Notes under the pieces: generated by a model
What the model was told of the DNA's origin: nothing
Database searches by the model: none
Seen by the model: the letters and a program-made list of their open reading frames with translations, nothing else
From: an uncultured Nitrososphaeraceae archaeon
GTDB lineage: Archaea; Thermoproteota; Nitrososphaeria; Nitrososphaerales; Nitrososphaeraceae
Length of the DNA stretch: 45,480 nt
Reading direction: 5' to 3'
Assembly (NCBI GenBank): GCA_963825865.1
Contig: CAWGVG010000055.1
Span: 1-45,480 of the forward strand
Position numbers and translations under genes: made by a program
In this document: one piece after another, positions 21,822 through 34,489 of the stretch
How positions within the stretch are numbered: the stretch's first letter is position 1
How the letters are laid out: the number at the start of each line of letters is the position of its first letter

Positions 21822-22391
21822 TTTCAAATTCCACGAATCCGTTTAATACCATAACAGATTGAGCGAAACATTAAGAAATATTTTATTTTACCATTGCTAA
21901 TATCTTGAGTATAGGATCATACTACTAACCTACTCTTGCAGGGGCTTGAAACCTGGGAAAGGTGGCTTTCCTTTTTTGGTTTGATTTCAAAACCAGAACC
22001 GTTTTTCCTTAGCATAGGCTAATAATCGTCGAGCTTAGGCTCGGAACTTATTCTCGATATCGAAGTTGTTTTCCTATTATGTCAATAAATAACTTTTACA
22101 ATAATAGGCATATTTATTACTCTATGTAGGCATTCTACTCTTCTTCTTCTTCTTTTCTTTTACGTTTAAGTTTATAAATACACCACGCAAAGTAATCTGA
22201 TATAAAATTCATATCTTCTATTCATCATCAGAAATTAGGACGGAAAAACTACAGCCTCCTAGCCCTAGTGGTGTTCTTTCTCTATCTTATATCAAACGTA
22301 AAAATCAAGCTAAACGTAGAGCTTTGTTTCTACTCTAGTTTCATCCATAGGCTTTATAATAATAAAATAGTGAAAAGTAAGCGGAATAAAA

Positions 22392-24312
22392 ATGGCATAC
22401 TTGAAGAATACCCTTTTTTCTCCTAAAACAAGAGGGATAGTCTGTTATCTTTACTATAGCGATTATTGTTATTTCTTATAGTTTATTTTTTTACCTTCAA
22501 AGCACTACTGAAAGTGATATCAGAAACAGCATTTTTGAGAGCAAAAGGCTCGTCAGATGCAATCTACACAGGCGCTTTCCCAACGCATTAGCTCAGACCT
22601 TGGTTCTATAATGGCCAGGTTGCAAGGCTTAGCAGGCTCATCGTATTTGCAGCAAGCTGATTTGTCTAGTGATAAGACAAGAAAGCTATTACAGGAAATG
22701 TACCTTCAGATAAACAATATCACCACCGCAGACAGACTTTTTATTTTAAACAAAAATGATATTGTAATGATAAACCTGGTACCGGAAGGACAGAAGACTT
22801 TTGTTGGTACCAATGTATCAAATATTGATTGGGTAAGAGAAACTAGAACTCAACATAAACCAGTATTTTCCAATGGATATTTTGGTTTGGATGGTAAATA
22901 TAGAATAGCCATCACTTACCCTATCATAAATAGAGAAACCGGCCAATATATAGGGCTGGTAGGTTCCCTGATGCCTACCATATCGCTTTTCGAAGATTAT
23001 GGCAACATTTTTGATATTAAATCTCAGTATCTAGCAGTTCTGGATCGAAACTCAGATCAACTGATTCACCCGGTAAATTCATTTATAGGGAAGCCATTTT
23101 TTGGAAATTACACACAGCAAGTTACTGGTCACAATAAAGCTCTAAACAGTCTTATTCGAACAGTTATGGATGGTAAACCAGACTTTGCTGTTTATCCGTT
23201 TAAAAATGGTGAAAGATTGAATACTGGATTTCCTATATTTGTGGAAGGAAAACCAACATACTTTGTTAATGTTATAACTCCTACATCTGTAATATATTCA
23301 CAGATCAACAAAGTCATATCAACTGAGAGACTCGAAATGTTTTCGCTTATAGTGGGGACTACTAGCGCAATTGTGATCCTCGTCATATTTCTTATTAGAT
23401 GGAGCATTACGTTGGATAATGAAGTAAAGAGAAGAACAAGGGAACTAAGATAGAAGCTGAAGCTAATAACTCACTGACAGAATCAAATAAACAACTTGCA
23501 TTAGCAAACGAACAACTAAAGATACATGACAAAATGCAAAAAGATTTCATCAATGTAGCAGCACACGAATTAAGGACACCAATTCAGCCAATACTAAGTT
23601 TAAGTCAAATCATTCGAGATAGAATGTCAATAAAGAAAGAAGAAAAACAGGAGAAGCAAAAAAAGAACGAGAGCAGTTGGAACTTTGCCAATTACAGGAT
23701 GTTGTAATAACAAGTGCGAAAAGGTTGCGAAGGCTTACAGATGATATATTAGATGTCAGTAGGATTGAAACTCACACTCTTACATTACAAAAGAAAAGGT
23801 TCGATCTAAATGATCTAATATCAAATATAATACAAGATTGCAAGAATCAACTTGAAAAACAAGGAGACTCATTAATAGCTGATAATGGTCACATTCCTAC
23901 TGATGCTAACCTAACAATAGTTTATAAAGGATCTGAAAAGGAGATATCACCAATTTTTGTTGAAGCAGACAAACAGAGAATTAGTCAAGTTGTTTGGAAC
24001 CTTCTAAATAACGCTATCAAATTTACCAGAGAAGGAGGCACATTAACCATAACTGTAGAAAAGAAGAAGAAAGGAAATAAAGCTGAAAATGAAGAGGTTG
24101 TGGTTAGTATAAAGGACACAGGCACTGGAATCGATCCAGAAATAAGGCCCAGATTGTTTGAAAAGTTTGCCTCAAAATCCTATCAAGGAACCGGCTTGGG
24201 TTTGTTCATCTCAAAAAGTATTATAGAAGCTCATAGTGGAAAGATTTGGGCTGAAAACAATGCTGATGGCAGAGGATCTACATTTGCATTTAGCCTATCA
24301 CTTAGCAAGTGA
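22392..24312 (+). CDS. Membrane sensor histidine kinase with Cache-type extracellular domain, frameshifted
   Basis: TM-Cache-TM layout (PVFSNGY, IAITYPI), H-box FINVAAHELRTP near 23550, then N, G1 and G2 boxes. Confidence 0.92.
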
Positions 24313-24593
24313 GTGGCGCCATACACTACTACTAACCTACTCAGGCAGGCGTCTGACGTCCTTCCTGACTGTGATCCATTCTCTTATGCGAATTTAATGT
24401 TTCAGAGCTGTCGAAAATTCTACCACATACATAACAGCGATGTTCCTTGGTAGAACTCTTAGGATTTGAAGCTGGAGCAGTCATTCTTAATTATTAATAT
24501 ATGAAAAGATGTAATTAAGAATTAATCTATCTAAACATTGCGCGCAAAATACTTCAAGAATAGATATATTTTGCATTATGATAACATATAGAC

Positions 24594-24935
24594 ATGGCTC
24601 AAACGCTTTGTATTAAATGTGGTTCAGATCTCAAAGTATCTTCTTATTGTCAGCTTTGCCAAGAGCCTTTAATATTTACATGTACTTCATGTGATTATGT
24701 TACTGAAGAAAAAGTTCATACCGATTGCAGGAATGCTGAAGTACTAGCAAAAACAGAGGCGAAAGAAGAACCCGCACATACAACAGGGAATAAAGAAGAA
24801 GAGAGCATTGTTGATAAACCAAGAGAAGAACAAACGGTTAAAGCAGAGCCAAGTTCTGCATCATCTTATATGACAAGGGAGCAAGATAAGGAAAATAATA
24901 ATGTCAATCCATTTGTTACAGGCACAGCGGTTTGA
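24594..24935 (+). CDS. Zinc-ribbon-containing hypothetical protein (may continue past 24935)
   Basis: CIKC, CQLC and CTSC motifs followed by an acidic tail. Confidence 0.7.
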   Translation: MAQTLCIKCGSDLKVSSYCQLCQEPLIFTCTSCDYVTEEKVHTDCRNAEVLAKTEAKEEPAHTTGNKEEESIVDKPREEQTVKAEPSSASSYMTREQDKENNNVNPFVTGTAV

Positions 24936-25399
24936 CAGAGCTTGATGACCTATTGGCTTAATGCTTATGGAGAATTCCTTAAAAATGCGCCAAAAATGAC
25001 AAAGATTGGTATAACACATATTGGAAGCCTTGGCTAAATTGGATGGCGTAGCGACAACAGCAAGACAAGGACAGAGCAAAGATAGAATAAGAATGAGAAA
25101 TGGGTCTGATTTAAGAAATTTCTCTTTCGCTTAAAATTGTATTCTTTCTACAAGCATGCTATACAATAGCATTAGAAGAAGATGGAGAACGCTTGGGATT
25201 CGAAGCAGTGGCCATTGCTAGTTATTTTAATACATCTACAAACATATAATTAATAAGTGATGTTCAACGTTTAGATCTTTTATAACCTATACATGATTGT
25301 TACTATTCCAACAATCATGTATGAGGTAAAGAATCGTCTAGGCGGTAGTGCTATTATAAGCCATGTCCCAAAAAAGTAATTCATAATTACAAGCAGTGC

Positions 25400-26010
25400 A
25401 AAATATCTTTTCATTAATAACTTATCTTTGTTACTTGCTTCCTTAGCCAAGGCACATAGAATGTTTTTTAGATCTTTTACTTGCATAAATGAGTCACTCG
25501 AGGAATAAACTCCACCCACTTTCTATATGTGTCATTTTCTATATTATACCTTGACAATTTTTCAGCTATTTCGAGATATGTCCAAGGGCATGGCGCCATA
25601 GCTGACACAATTTTACCCATATCATCCGCTGCTGATGAAGATAATAACACTTTTCTTAGATAGGAAGTATAGTTCAAGGTAGTTGTGCTTGGTATACTAT
25701 TAAGAATTGAATCCGGCTATATTCCAAGGGAATTAAGGATCTGATTTTGCAATTGCATTTCAAAATTAATTGTACCTGCAATAGGATATCAAACCACTGT
25801 GCGAGATGAACATCGTGAGACTTTTGTTTACAGCTTGTAAAAAGTTACAGAATTCAATGAGAAAAATGTGGTCTTGTTTTAGATAAAATATAAATTTGTC
25901 TATTGGCAGAGCGTTGGTAGAAATCTCAATTAAGAATGTATGATTTAGAATTTTATTCCAGTACCTATACAAGATTGTTTTAGATCATCTGCAAATGTAT
26001 TATGGTACAT
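25400..26010 (-). pseudogene. tenA: TenA/thiaminase II family protein, frameshifted
   Basis: WNKILNHTF, FIFYLKQDHIFL, NYTSYL, AMAPCPWTYLEIA and YRKWV; boundaries approximate. Confidence 0.85.
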
Positions 26011-26249
26011 TGGATATATCATCTATTTTGACACACACAATCAAGATATAAGTACATAACATATTCCGCCCTTAGTTAATTGTTCAAGGAATAATGCGGG
26101 TACAAGGGAGAAATATTTAGCCTTCAAATTGATAGTTACAGTTGCCAGTTTAATCGCACATTAGAATATAATAATATTTTATCAAATCATATTCATTATA
26201 CTCAATTATATAGAAATAAATACATAGAAAGTCTTTGACTTATATATTA

Positions 26250-26825
26250 ATGAACAACCACAAAATAATCTTACCTAGTATTGCGGTTGTGACTATGTTT
26301 GTTGTATGGTCACTATTATTACCTAACTTGGTGGTCCCAAGTTCTACTATTATCCAGATAGCAATGGCAGAAAATGCTACTACTAATACAACAATACCAA
26401 CCAATACAAATATCACATTAGGAAATCCAATTTTCATAGAGCATGACAAGACTACAAGTCGACAAGGAGCAATTATCAATGGAAGCCAGGGATTCAAAGC
26501 ATCTTTTGCAGGTAGTGGGATGATAAAAGGTATAAACTTCACAGATACTGGAACAGCCTTGATAGTTTTAAGGCCTAATGGTTATTCAGATATCCTAGGA
26601 AAGGCAGTTATAACAACTATTGATGGCACTGAAAAAGGGTCTTATACTTTTAAGTCAATAGGACATGCGGATGCCAATGGAACAATAAGAGATAATGGAT
26701 CTCTATTTTTCCACACAAACTCCACTAGTAAGCTTGCTATTGTTAATAACCTTGTAGTTATATTCAAAGATCAGATAGACAAAGCAGGAAATGGCATGAC
26801 TATAGGCTGGGAATGGAAAAGATAA
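26250..26825 (+). CDS. Secreted/membrane-anchored beta-rich hypothetical protein
   Basis: N-terminal hydrophobic segment, Thr/Asn-rich linker, ends GWEWKR; intact. Confidence 0.8.
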   Translation: MNNHKIILPSIAVVTMFVVWSLLLPNLVVPSSTIIQIAMAENATTNTTIPTNTNITLGNPIFIEHDKTTSRQGAIINGSQGFKASFAGSGMIKGINFTDTGTALIVLRPNGYSDILGKAVITTIDGTEKGSYTFKSIGHADANGTIRDNGSLFFHTNSTSKLAIVNNLVVIFKDQIDKAGNGMTIGWEWKR

Positions 26826-27101
26826 CAGTTTTTTAACTAATACTACGATATAAAATACTAATAAAATACTAATAGAATGAGTTTATCATATCATTAAGTC
26901 ACAAATTCTAGTTTTTTTTATAAAAGACTTTTACATACTTCTTAAAATACTGTCAAGACATTAAGAAGTATCACGGGCATTAACATAGTTACAACGTGAG
27001 CAAGTAAATGTTGTGGGTTTCTTGTATGTTTGCTGCTCAGAGTTCAGCATTTATGTAAGAGGAATGATCAAATTTAAATCAAATATTTTTCATTATATGT
27101 T

Positions 27102-27497
27102 ATGTTACAAGGTTATAGACCTGAGAAGGGAAAACCATCATCATCATCATCAGCACAATCTCCACTATCCTTCGAACAAGTATGTCCTAGATGGGCATGG
27201 AAAATAAGACAGGGACTCGACGAGCATGATGTACATACTTTGGTCCGTGACTCAAAATATTGTATTGTAGGTGAAGCATGGGGCTATAATGGAAGGCATG
27301 CGGGTTACTATATTGCCCCTTTAATTGCTCTTATTGGTTGTTGGAGATGCATTAAATTTGGTCGAGAAATGGGTAAAATCGCAAAGCTTCATGGCCAATC
27401 CTGTATCAACGATCTCCAGCCAGTAATTAATCATTTCCTTGAACACTGGAATAATAGGCATAGAAACATCACCACCAAAAGAGTATATGCTCTATAG
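27102..27497 (+). CDS. Hypothetical Cys/His/Trp-rich protein
   Basis: 131-aa ORF with CPRW, CIVGEAWG, CWRC and HWNNRH, possible metal ligands. Confidence 0.65.
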   Translation: MLQGYRPEKGKPSSSSSAQSPLSFEQVCPRWAWKIRQGLDEHDVHTLVRDSKYCIVGEAWGYNGRHAGYYIAPLIALIGCWRCIKFGREMGKIAKLHGQSCINDLQPVINHFLEHWNNRHRNITTKRVYAL

Positions 27498-28232
27498 ATA
27501 ACAGACAATGAGACGACACTTCTGGTCTATACTCAAATTAGACCATGGATATGACAACGCTGAGAATTGGCCAAGACCAGGTGGTACAACTCCAAAGATT
27601 TCATCTAAGAGAGTTAATACTACAATTAGATAGTAGGTTCAGTTAATTATGCAATATCTTATTTTGAAAAGTGCTCAGAAGTATCCATAAACTGATGCAA
27701 AAAGTGTTACCTAAAATAAGGGTCCACTACATTACATCAGGACGGAAATAGCTATAGAACACAAAGAGCAGAGCATTGAGTGAACAGAGGAGGTTCTTAA
27801 ATCCAAAGGTATAGAATGAAATACTATGCTATTGTTATACAAAAGCTAGAACGGGAATTAGGAATCGAAGTTAGTAGTTTTCGAGAGATTAGTCTTATGG
27901 CCCTTCAATTTTTAAGACAATCCAGAATACATAGACCAAGAACTAACAGGTGGCCCGCTTATTTCAGGATTTGCTTCGTCTATACTTTTTTTGAGCATGA
28001 TTTTTGATTGCTTTTCAGCGTGTATGAAAAGCTATCTCTTCTGTATATATTTTAAGCGTGAAATTTGGGCATCACTTTAAAAATAAGCATGATAAAATAA
28101 GCACTTGATATTATAGGTTGGGCAAGCCAAACAGAATTAAAAGAAGATGCAGTTTCTCTGCGGCGAGATAGGATCTTAGAGCTGACTTCTGAAAGACTTC
28201 GTTCAAAGGCTTTTTGCCATTGCGTAAGATGT

Positions 28233-28740
28233 CTAGATGAGATCTTTGCAGACATTACAAAAGTGACTTGCTTTGATATCTGTATCAGACAATGAATTGC
28301 TAAAATGCATTACACATCTTGTATTTTTACAATGATTCAACCCAAAAGCATGTCCTAATTCATGTACTGCCTCCTTGACTAATCTTTGATAAAAGAGAGA
28401 TTCATCTGGTTTTAATCCATAGAATTCTTGCCTTAACCTTGGAAGATAAATTGCTGATATGCTGCCATCTACATATGCTTCTCCAAATACAAAGTTTAGA
28501 TGAGCAGAATATGCATCAAAATCACATATAGCCAGTATTTTTGTTGATTTAGATGGATTGTACATATATGAAAGCCATATCATTTGATATCCATTGCCTT
28601 CTTTGCTTATCAAATAGTTGAATTGGGATCTCTTTTATTTGTGGTGCCGTACCAATAGAAGCATTAAATTCTTCTGACAGAACCTCTTCCAATGTAGTAT
28701 TCACTCTTTTGAGATTAAATTGAACAAATATATAACGAAA
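28233..28740 (-). CDS. amzA: Archaemetzincin Zn-metalloprotease, frameshifted 5' part
   Basis: LNFVFGEA, KEAVHELGHAFGLNHCKNTRCVMHFSNSL..D.K...FCNVC. Confidence 0.9.
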
Positions 28741-28764
28741 AATAAGTGAGTGTGCACCGTTACT

Positions 28765-29030
28765 ATCGTCTGATGTTTCTGCATTATATGGTAAAGGTAA
28801 TGCTCTTAATTTACAGGGTAATTATGCTGAATCTATACCATACTTTGACAAAGCCTTAGCTGTAGATCCAAATTACAAAGAAGCATTATATGGTAAAGGT
28901 TATGCTCTTAATGGCCAGGGTAATTATGCTGGAGCTACAGAGCTATTATGACAAAGCCTTAGCTGTAGATCCCAACCTTAAATATGCATTAGATGGAAAA
29001 CAAAAAGCTCTTTCAAAGATGGGCCGCTAG
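28765..29030 (+). pseudogene. TPR repeat protein C-terminal fragment
   Basis: 102-bp (34-aa) tandem units starting at 28781 and 28883: ALYGKG.AL..QGNYA....FDKALAVDPN. Not in the ORF track. Confidence 0.85.
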
Positions 29031-29184
29031 CCTACACAAGAAAAGCTTTGCTATCGCTTGTTTGGGATCAAGATCCAAGTGTTCCAGAATTTTCTTTTGC
29101 ATAGTATCTATGATCACTCTTAGAACTATCTTTTAGTATGCTTGTATATCATCTACTGATGTTTCCTCTTAGAATATAGTAAAA

Positions 29185-29386
29185 TACCTCCACTATCTCC
29201 ACTATCTCCACCAAAGCCAAATTCGTGCTCAAATTTAGTCCAAAATTGGTGGAGATATTCTCAGATACTATATTCAATATCTCCATTGTTAACAAATACC
29301 TCCACTCTATCTATGTCCAATAATCTGTCGTTAGTGGTGGAGATACTGCATACATTAGTGGAGATATCTCTATTTGATACCTCCAC
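29185..29386. repeat. Cluster of nine TAYCTCCAY / GTGGAGATA 9-mers in both orientations
   Basis: Forward at 29185, 29194, 29203, 29278, 29297, 29378; reverse at 29249, 29337, 29358. Confidence 0.85.
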
Positions 29387-29419
29387 TAAAAGAAGCTCAA
29401 ATCTTACTGTGTTTGGCAA

Positions 29420-29639
29420 AATAAACTCTAGCATTTCTACACTTACATTAAAACAGCGTGTTGTTACAGTAAAAAACTTTCTTCAATACTGCGATGTAGA
29501 TATAAGCCCAAGGAAGTTCAAGTTAAAAGTAAAACTACCTAGAGTAGTTAGAAAGAACAAAGAAGCGTTATCAAAAGAAGATATTATTGATATTTTAAAC
29601 ACATGTTCTGATATCAGATTAAAAACATATGTAATCTGA
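29420..29639 (+). pseudogene. Tyrosine recombinase internal fragment
   Basis: TLKQRVVTVKNFLQYCDV...KVKLPRVVRKNKEALSKEDIIDILN...RLKTYV, i.e. core-binding end and patch I; stops before the catalytic Arg. Confidence 0.75.
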
Positions 29640-30238
29640 TAAGGCATTTGGATACCTTAGCAATTTATCTGAAACTATAGATCTCTGTGAGACATGTACC
29701 AATGAGATTTGGATTTATGCTGTTTCTGCTAATGATGATAATAAAGGTAGTCGTCAACTAACGGCTTAACAGAAGGAAAATGACTTTATACCATCGACAG
29801 AAGGAAAATAATAGAGCTTTATCTTCTAATTTGAAAGATTCTTGATGCTTTTAGTCTATTACAGACCACGCTTTCAGGATTTCTATTCGATCTTGACCAG
29901 AGTAATGTTTGTAGGGATATATACATGTTAAAACCGCTTATCAAGCAGTGTATTCTATTGCCAAAGAAGTTGTATAAACGTACACTTAGAAAACAAGCAA
30001 GCCAAAGTTAAGTATCATAAAGAGATTTTCTTTTCGTAATTACGCAATACATCTAATTTGATGCATATCTTGATGTTAAATCTATCATTGAGGAAGTTTT
30101 GCCTATTCCGAATGGAGCGCCTATTACAATATACCACTCGTTAAAGTATGATAAATTAGATGCTTCAATACTAGCAGATCTAGCTGGAGCAGATTTGATT
30201 TCAAAGTGTTACGTTCCTGATTGTATAAGGCGGCAGTG

Positions 30239-31866
30239 TCATATTTGCAATAGTTCTTCTAGAAGTGCAGGTTTCCTTTTGTTTGCTGATTTTATAGTAT
30301 CTATATACTGCCTGAACTCCTTTTCCATTTTGAGAGAAGTATAGAGCCGATACATAGCTTTTAAGTAATATTTTGCTGTTCTGTATGCATTTCTATTTGA
30401 TTGTTTTATGGATTCTTCAGCCATGTTTCGATAGAGTGCAACTGCTGCCTCGTATGGCATCGATTTTTCGCATGCTTTCGCAACTCTTTCAGTATCATAT
30501 GTATCATTGATATGCTGTGAGGCTATTTTGAATGCCGAGGCAAGATCTTTATCTCTAAGGTACATTTCGAGTAGATTATGGGTATCTCCATGTTCTAACA
30601 TAAAAGAAGTTAACTCTTCTTTAACGTCTTTCCACAAGCCAAGTTCATTTGATAAACGAGTTATCTTTTCGAGTAATTCCTCTTCTGGTCTATCCTTGAA
30701 TGACTTTATGTATAGAGATAGTGATTCGTCATTATTTCCACGACTATATTTTAAATCCCCCATCTTTTCAATGAGATCCGTTTTCAGGAAACCCTTTGCA
30801 AAATCTGAGACTCTTGTCCAGATTGCGGGCTTCATCAATTTTTCCTTTTAACTCAAGCTTTTCAATATATCTAAAGTATGAATGTTCAAACTCTTTTTCA
30901 CACAATAGCAGAAACTTTTTTTCATCTTTCTTGTTTTCATATATATCTAGTAAAATGTCAACTATTCCTGAAACACGGTATTCCTCTCCTCTGGCCCTGC
31001 TTTCTTGCAGCTTCTTCTAATGCAAGTTTTTCAATAAAGGTAAAATCTTCTTCAGTGCTACATGAATCTACTATCATTTTTGAAACATAATCAGAAAAGT
31101 TGTCCAGGACAAACATCTTCCAGTTATCTTCATGGATTTTTTGTTTTATTGCCCATTCTGCGTTTAATACGTTCAATATTCTAGCATAAAGTTTCAAAGA
31201 CCCTTCAATGAATTCAGCGAACATACCACCAGAATCATCTACAACACCATAATTTTTCATGCACAACTTAATAATACCTTTTACAATATCGAATGACTCT
31301 TGGACATTATTGCTTTCAAAGAGTTTCTTTGCACGATTTCTTACTTCCTCAAGCTTTTCTATCAATTCATGCGCATTATAGTAATCTACCTGATTAGAGA
31401 ACAGCGCTTCCAAACGCTTCTTGAATGTCTTACTGTGGGGGCTTGATACCTGGAAAATGATATCAGGATTCATTCTTATGCTCTCTTCAATGAGTGTTAA
31501 TAGTTCCTCCTTAGACTTGTTCCTTAATTCCTTTAGAACTACATCAACGTTCAGGAATTCTTCTCTTCTGTGAATCCAGTGAAGTAGCAGTGTTATCGAA
31601 TGCTTGCAGAATTCCTCTTGGTCAAATGGACATGTACACTTTGGAATTAATCTACCGCTTTTATTATCATATTCTATTTTAATCCTGTAGCTTCTAGATT
31701 CACTTCCTTGTACATCTCCGCGAAGAGTCATGCCATGAATCTGTGTATTTGATACTCGTCCTTCTTTGAAATATCCCAGTCCTCGCTCAAATACTTGCCG
31801 ACTACACAACTCTTTTACATCTTTGTTCTCCAAGTTAAAGGAACCATCTAACAAGGAATTAATCAC
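30239..31866 (-). CDS. SWIM zinc-finger protein with helical-repeat C-terminus, frameshifted
   Basis: FERGLGYF..GRV, VQGS...YRI, CTCP..FCKH; C-terminal AY..AKYYL...NKRKPALLEEL. Confidence 0.9.
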
Positions 31867-32041
31867 TGTGGGGTATCGTTGTTAGTGCTGATTTTTAAGG
31901 GCATCGTAAACTTCACTCTGATACACTTGGCGAAGGGCCTAGTAAGTTTGCTTTAGTGAATGGAACATTAAAACAAATGTTGGTCGCTTGCATTATAGAG
32001 CAAAGCAAAACCTTTAAAGTGGGGGTATTGTATTAGGTTCG

Positions 32042-32182
32042 ATGGTATTAGATCCAATGGATACGGTTAAGGATGTGTCGCAATATGTAACTGGTTTGAT
32101 TGGATTTGCTGGAGGAGCATTAGTTACTGCAATGTTCGGGGCATTATTGAGTAGTTGTAGTTGTCCACAAATTGCTCTGTGA
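32042..32182 (+). CDS. 46-aa single-TM peptide, not in ORF track
   Basis: MVLDPMDTVKDVSQYVTGLIGFAGGALVTAMFGALLSSCSCPQIAL*; TTTAAA box at 32013-32018 preceded by purines. Confidence 0.55.
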   Translation: MVLDPMDTVKDVSQYVTGLIGFAGGALVTAMFGALLSSCSCPQIAL

Positions 32183-32208
32183 TTGATATACGGTCCTATT
32201 CTCGAATA

Positions 32209-33037
32209 TTATTTGGTGCTTCCTTTTGTTGCATTCAGGATTAATTCGGCGGTCTCTTCTGGGTGTGATACAAATGATGCATGACTAGCGTTGACCATTA
32301 CAGTGGTAGCATTAATTTTTTTTGCAAAAAGACGCTGTACATCAGGAGGAATCACGTGGTCGCCCTCAGACATCTGGTACCATGTTGGAAGTTGTTTCCA
32401 TGCCGGAGGGCCAGATTTTTCAGCAAAAATTGATTGATTAAATGGCTTCTGCACAACTGCCATGATATGAGCTTCAGTCGCATCTACATCTTGAGCAAAG
32501 GCTACTTGAAACATTTCCGGGTTTATGTAGACAAACCCTCCACTATCGTAAACCAAAAAGATCTTTGGGAAACTTTGTGACGTCGACGAAATTCGACAGC
32601 GATTGACCCTCATCTGGAGCAAAGGCAGAAATGTAGACAAGTCCAGTGACGTTGGGATTATTATAAGCAGCATCTGTAATAACAAATCCACCATATGAGT
32701 GTCCTACAAGAATTGTTGGTCCCCCAACCTGATCGATTGCACGCTTAACAGTAGCAATATCATCCGACAGAGAATGGAGAGACATTTGTACAGCGATAAC
32801 TTTATGTCCTGCGTTCTCTAAAATAGGAATTATTTTGCTCCATGAAGAGCCATCAGCCCATGCTCCATGGACAAGAACAATATTAGTAGCGTTTGTTGTT
32901 GTAATCCCCTGTATTCCTTGGGATTGCATTAATGTCTTCTTCTCTGGGCTGGCTTCGCCAGAATATGTAGATGATGCAAAACTTGCGATAATTATAATGC
33001 TCAGACACAGCAGAAGTAAAACTTTTGCTTTTTTCAT
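32209..33037 (-). CDS. Secreted alpha/beta hydrolase, one frameshift
   Basis: Signal peptide, LVHGAWADGSSW, GHSYGG nucleophile elbow, DHVIPP and SHASFVSHP. Confidence 0.93.
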
Positions 33038-33159
33038 ATCATGAGTGATTAATCTTGTATATAAGGGCAGTATATAGGAATGGTTACAGTATTCTCTGAA
33101 ATAACACCGCAGAATGTATCAAATTCTCGTAGAAATACAAATCACCAGCCTAACAAAAA

Positions 33160-33315
33160 TAACAGACAGAGCCATACCATAAACCTCACAAAGGCTCATC
33201 TGTTACCCCTAATCCTGTAGCCTTCTTTATCCACAAATGCTTGTCTTTAAAATCGTGTTTCAGAGGATTGCAAAAGTCTGGTGAAAGCAAAGCCTCATAC
33301 AACAACTGCTGGTAA
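33160..33315 (-). pseudogene. Degraded terminase large subunit-like ATPase fragment
   Basis: YQQLLYEALL...KHLWIKKATGLGVT / RFMVWLCL, a deviant Walker A resembling TerL K-x-R-Q-x-G-x-T. Family recalled from memory. Confidence 0.5.
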
Positions 33316-34489
33316 TGTCTCTCTTTTATCTACTGATGAGAATTATGTCAATGATATAGTTCTATTGCATTTCCAACCTTCTAACAGGCATCGTCTTTTG
33401 CTTGCCTTACTTCCAGGATATTGATGTTACGTATGAAATTTTTTCCAGAAATGAAATCTAGGTGCGTTTTGTTTGTTTATGAATTTGTTCATGATGGCTC
33501 ATGTCCAGAAAGAATCTTTATAATGAATTATAACGTCAATTCCTAGATTACAAAGTATACCTCATTTGATATACTCAATTGTTATATGAAACAACAACAA
33601 CAATACAGGTAAGTGGACAAGGAGAGGGGCAAAACTTTTGTCCAAGAGCGACAGGATCAATCCCGGCATCTATAACATTTTCTGTTCAGCAAAATGTAGG
33701 CGGCGCAGTACCAAGGACAGTTCAATGTGGACGTTCACTTCCCTCCGCTTCCATTTACCAAAACAGGTACCTTGGATAGTGTACAAATAACTGGAAACTC
33801 ATTTACCATTACGGGAAAAGAACATCCGAAAGCAATCAAACACATGTTATGTAGTTAAAGCATCACTAAATGATAGGTGAAAAATGTAGAATTGAATTAT
33901 GTCCATGTCTCAGTTAGATAGTTTTTCTGAAAAATGTAAAATTCAGTATCTTGCATTCCATCAGCGCAAAAAAACATGTTCATTATCCTCTAAATTTATT
34001 CAAGATAATGAAACAACAAGAAATGATGAACGAAAAAGAAGTGATAGAGGCTAAAAATATTGTCATATTTTAGATTAAAAATTTCAAAACACTTACAACA
34101 TAATGCGTACAGAAAAGACAGAGGTCTACTTTTGCTTTCTGCTTTTCCCTCGTGCTAAACCGCCGCCTAACTTGTTTCTGGCTTTTGCCAACTTTTTGAT
34201 TTATGTAGTTAATGTCATATTATAGTTATTGTATATATATTTTCTGACAGATATTGCAACTCCACAATTGAATAGAGTGGATATTATCTATCCTATGTCT
34301 CTCTACTGTTAAACAACCACATGACGACTTACAATTAGCACAGCAGCGGTATGATGGCACTTTTGTGAGCTCGTCAACTCCAAATTGAAAGCAACACTGC
34401 CAGTAGTGCATATATGCCTATGGTTTTATTCATTAGATAGTATATAGCAATAGTGTATATACATAAATATATATATGTAGATAAGTATA

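Noticed and set aside
21940-21985. tRNA-like GC-rich stretch
   Set aside because: No cloverleaf or T-loop consensus; only a GGAAAG/CTTTCC hairpin followed by a T run.
28781-28985. 102-bp tandem DNA repeat as a novel array
   Set aside because: Explained by 34-aa TPR coding units.
33878-33945. TGAAAAATGTA direct repeat 50 bp apart
   Set aside because: Short and AT-rich; plausible by chance.
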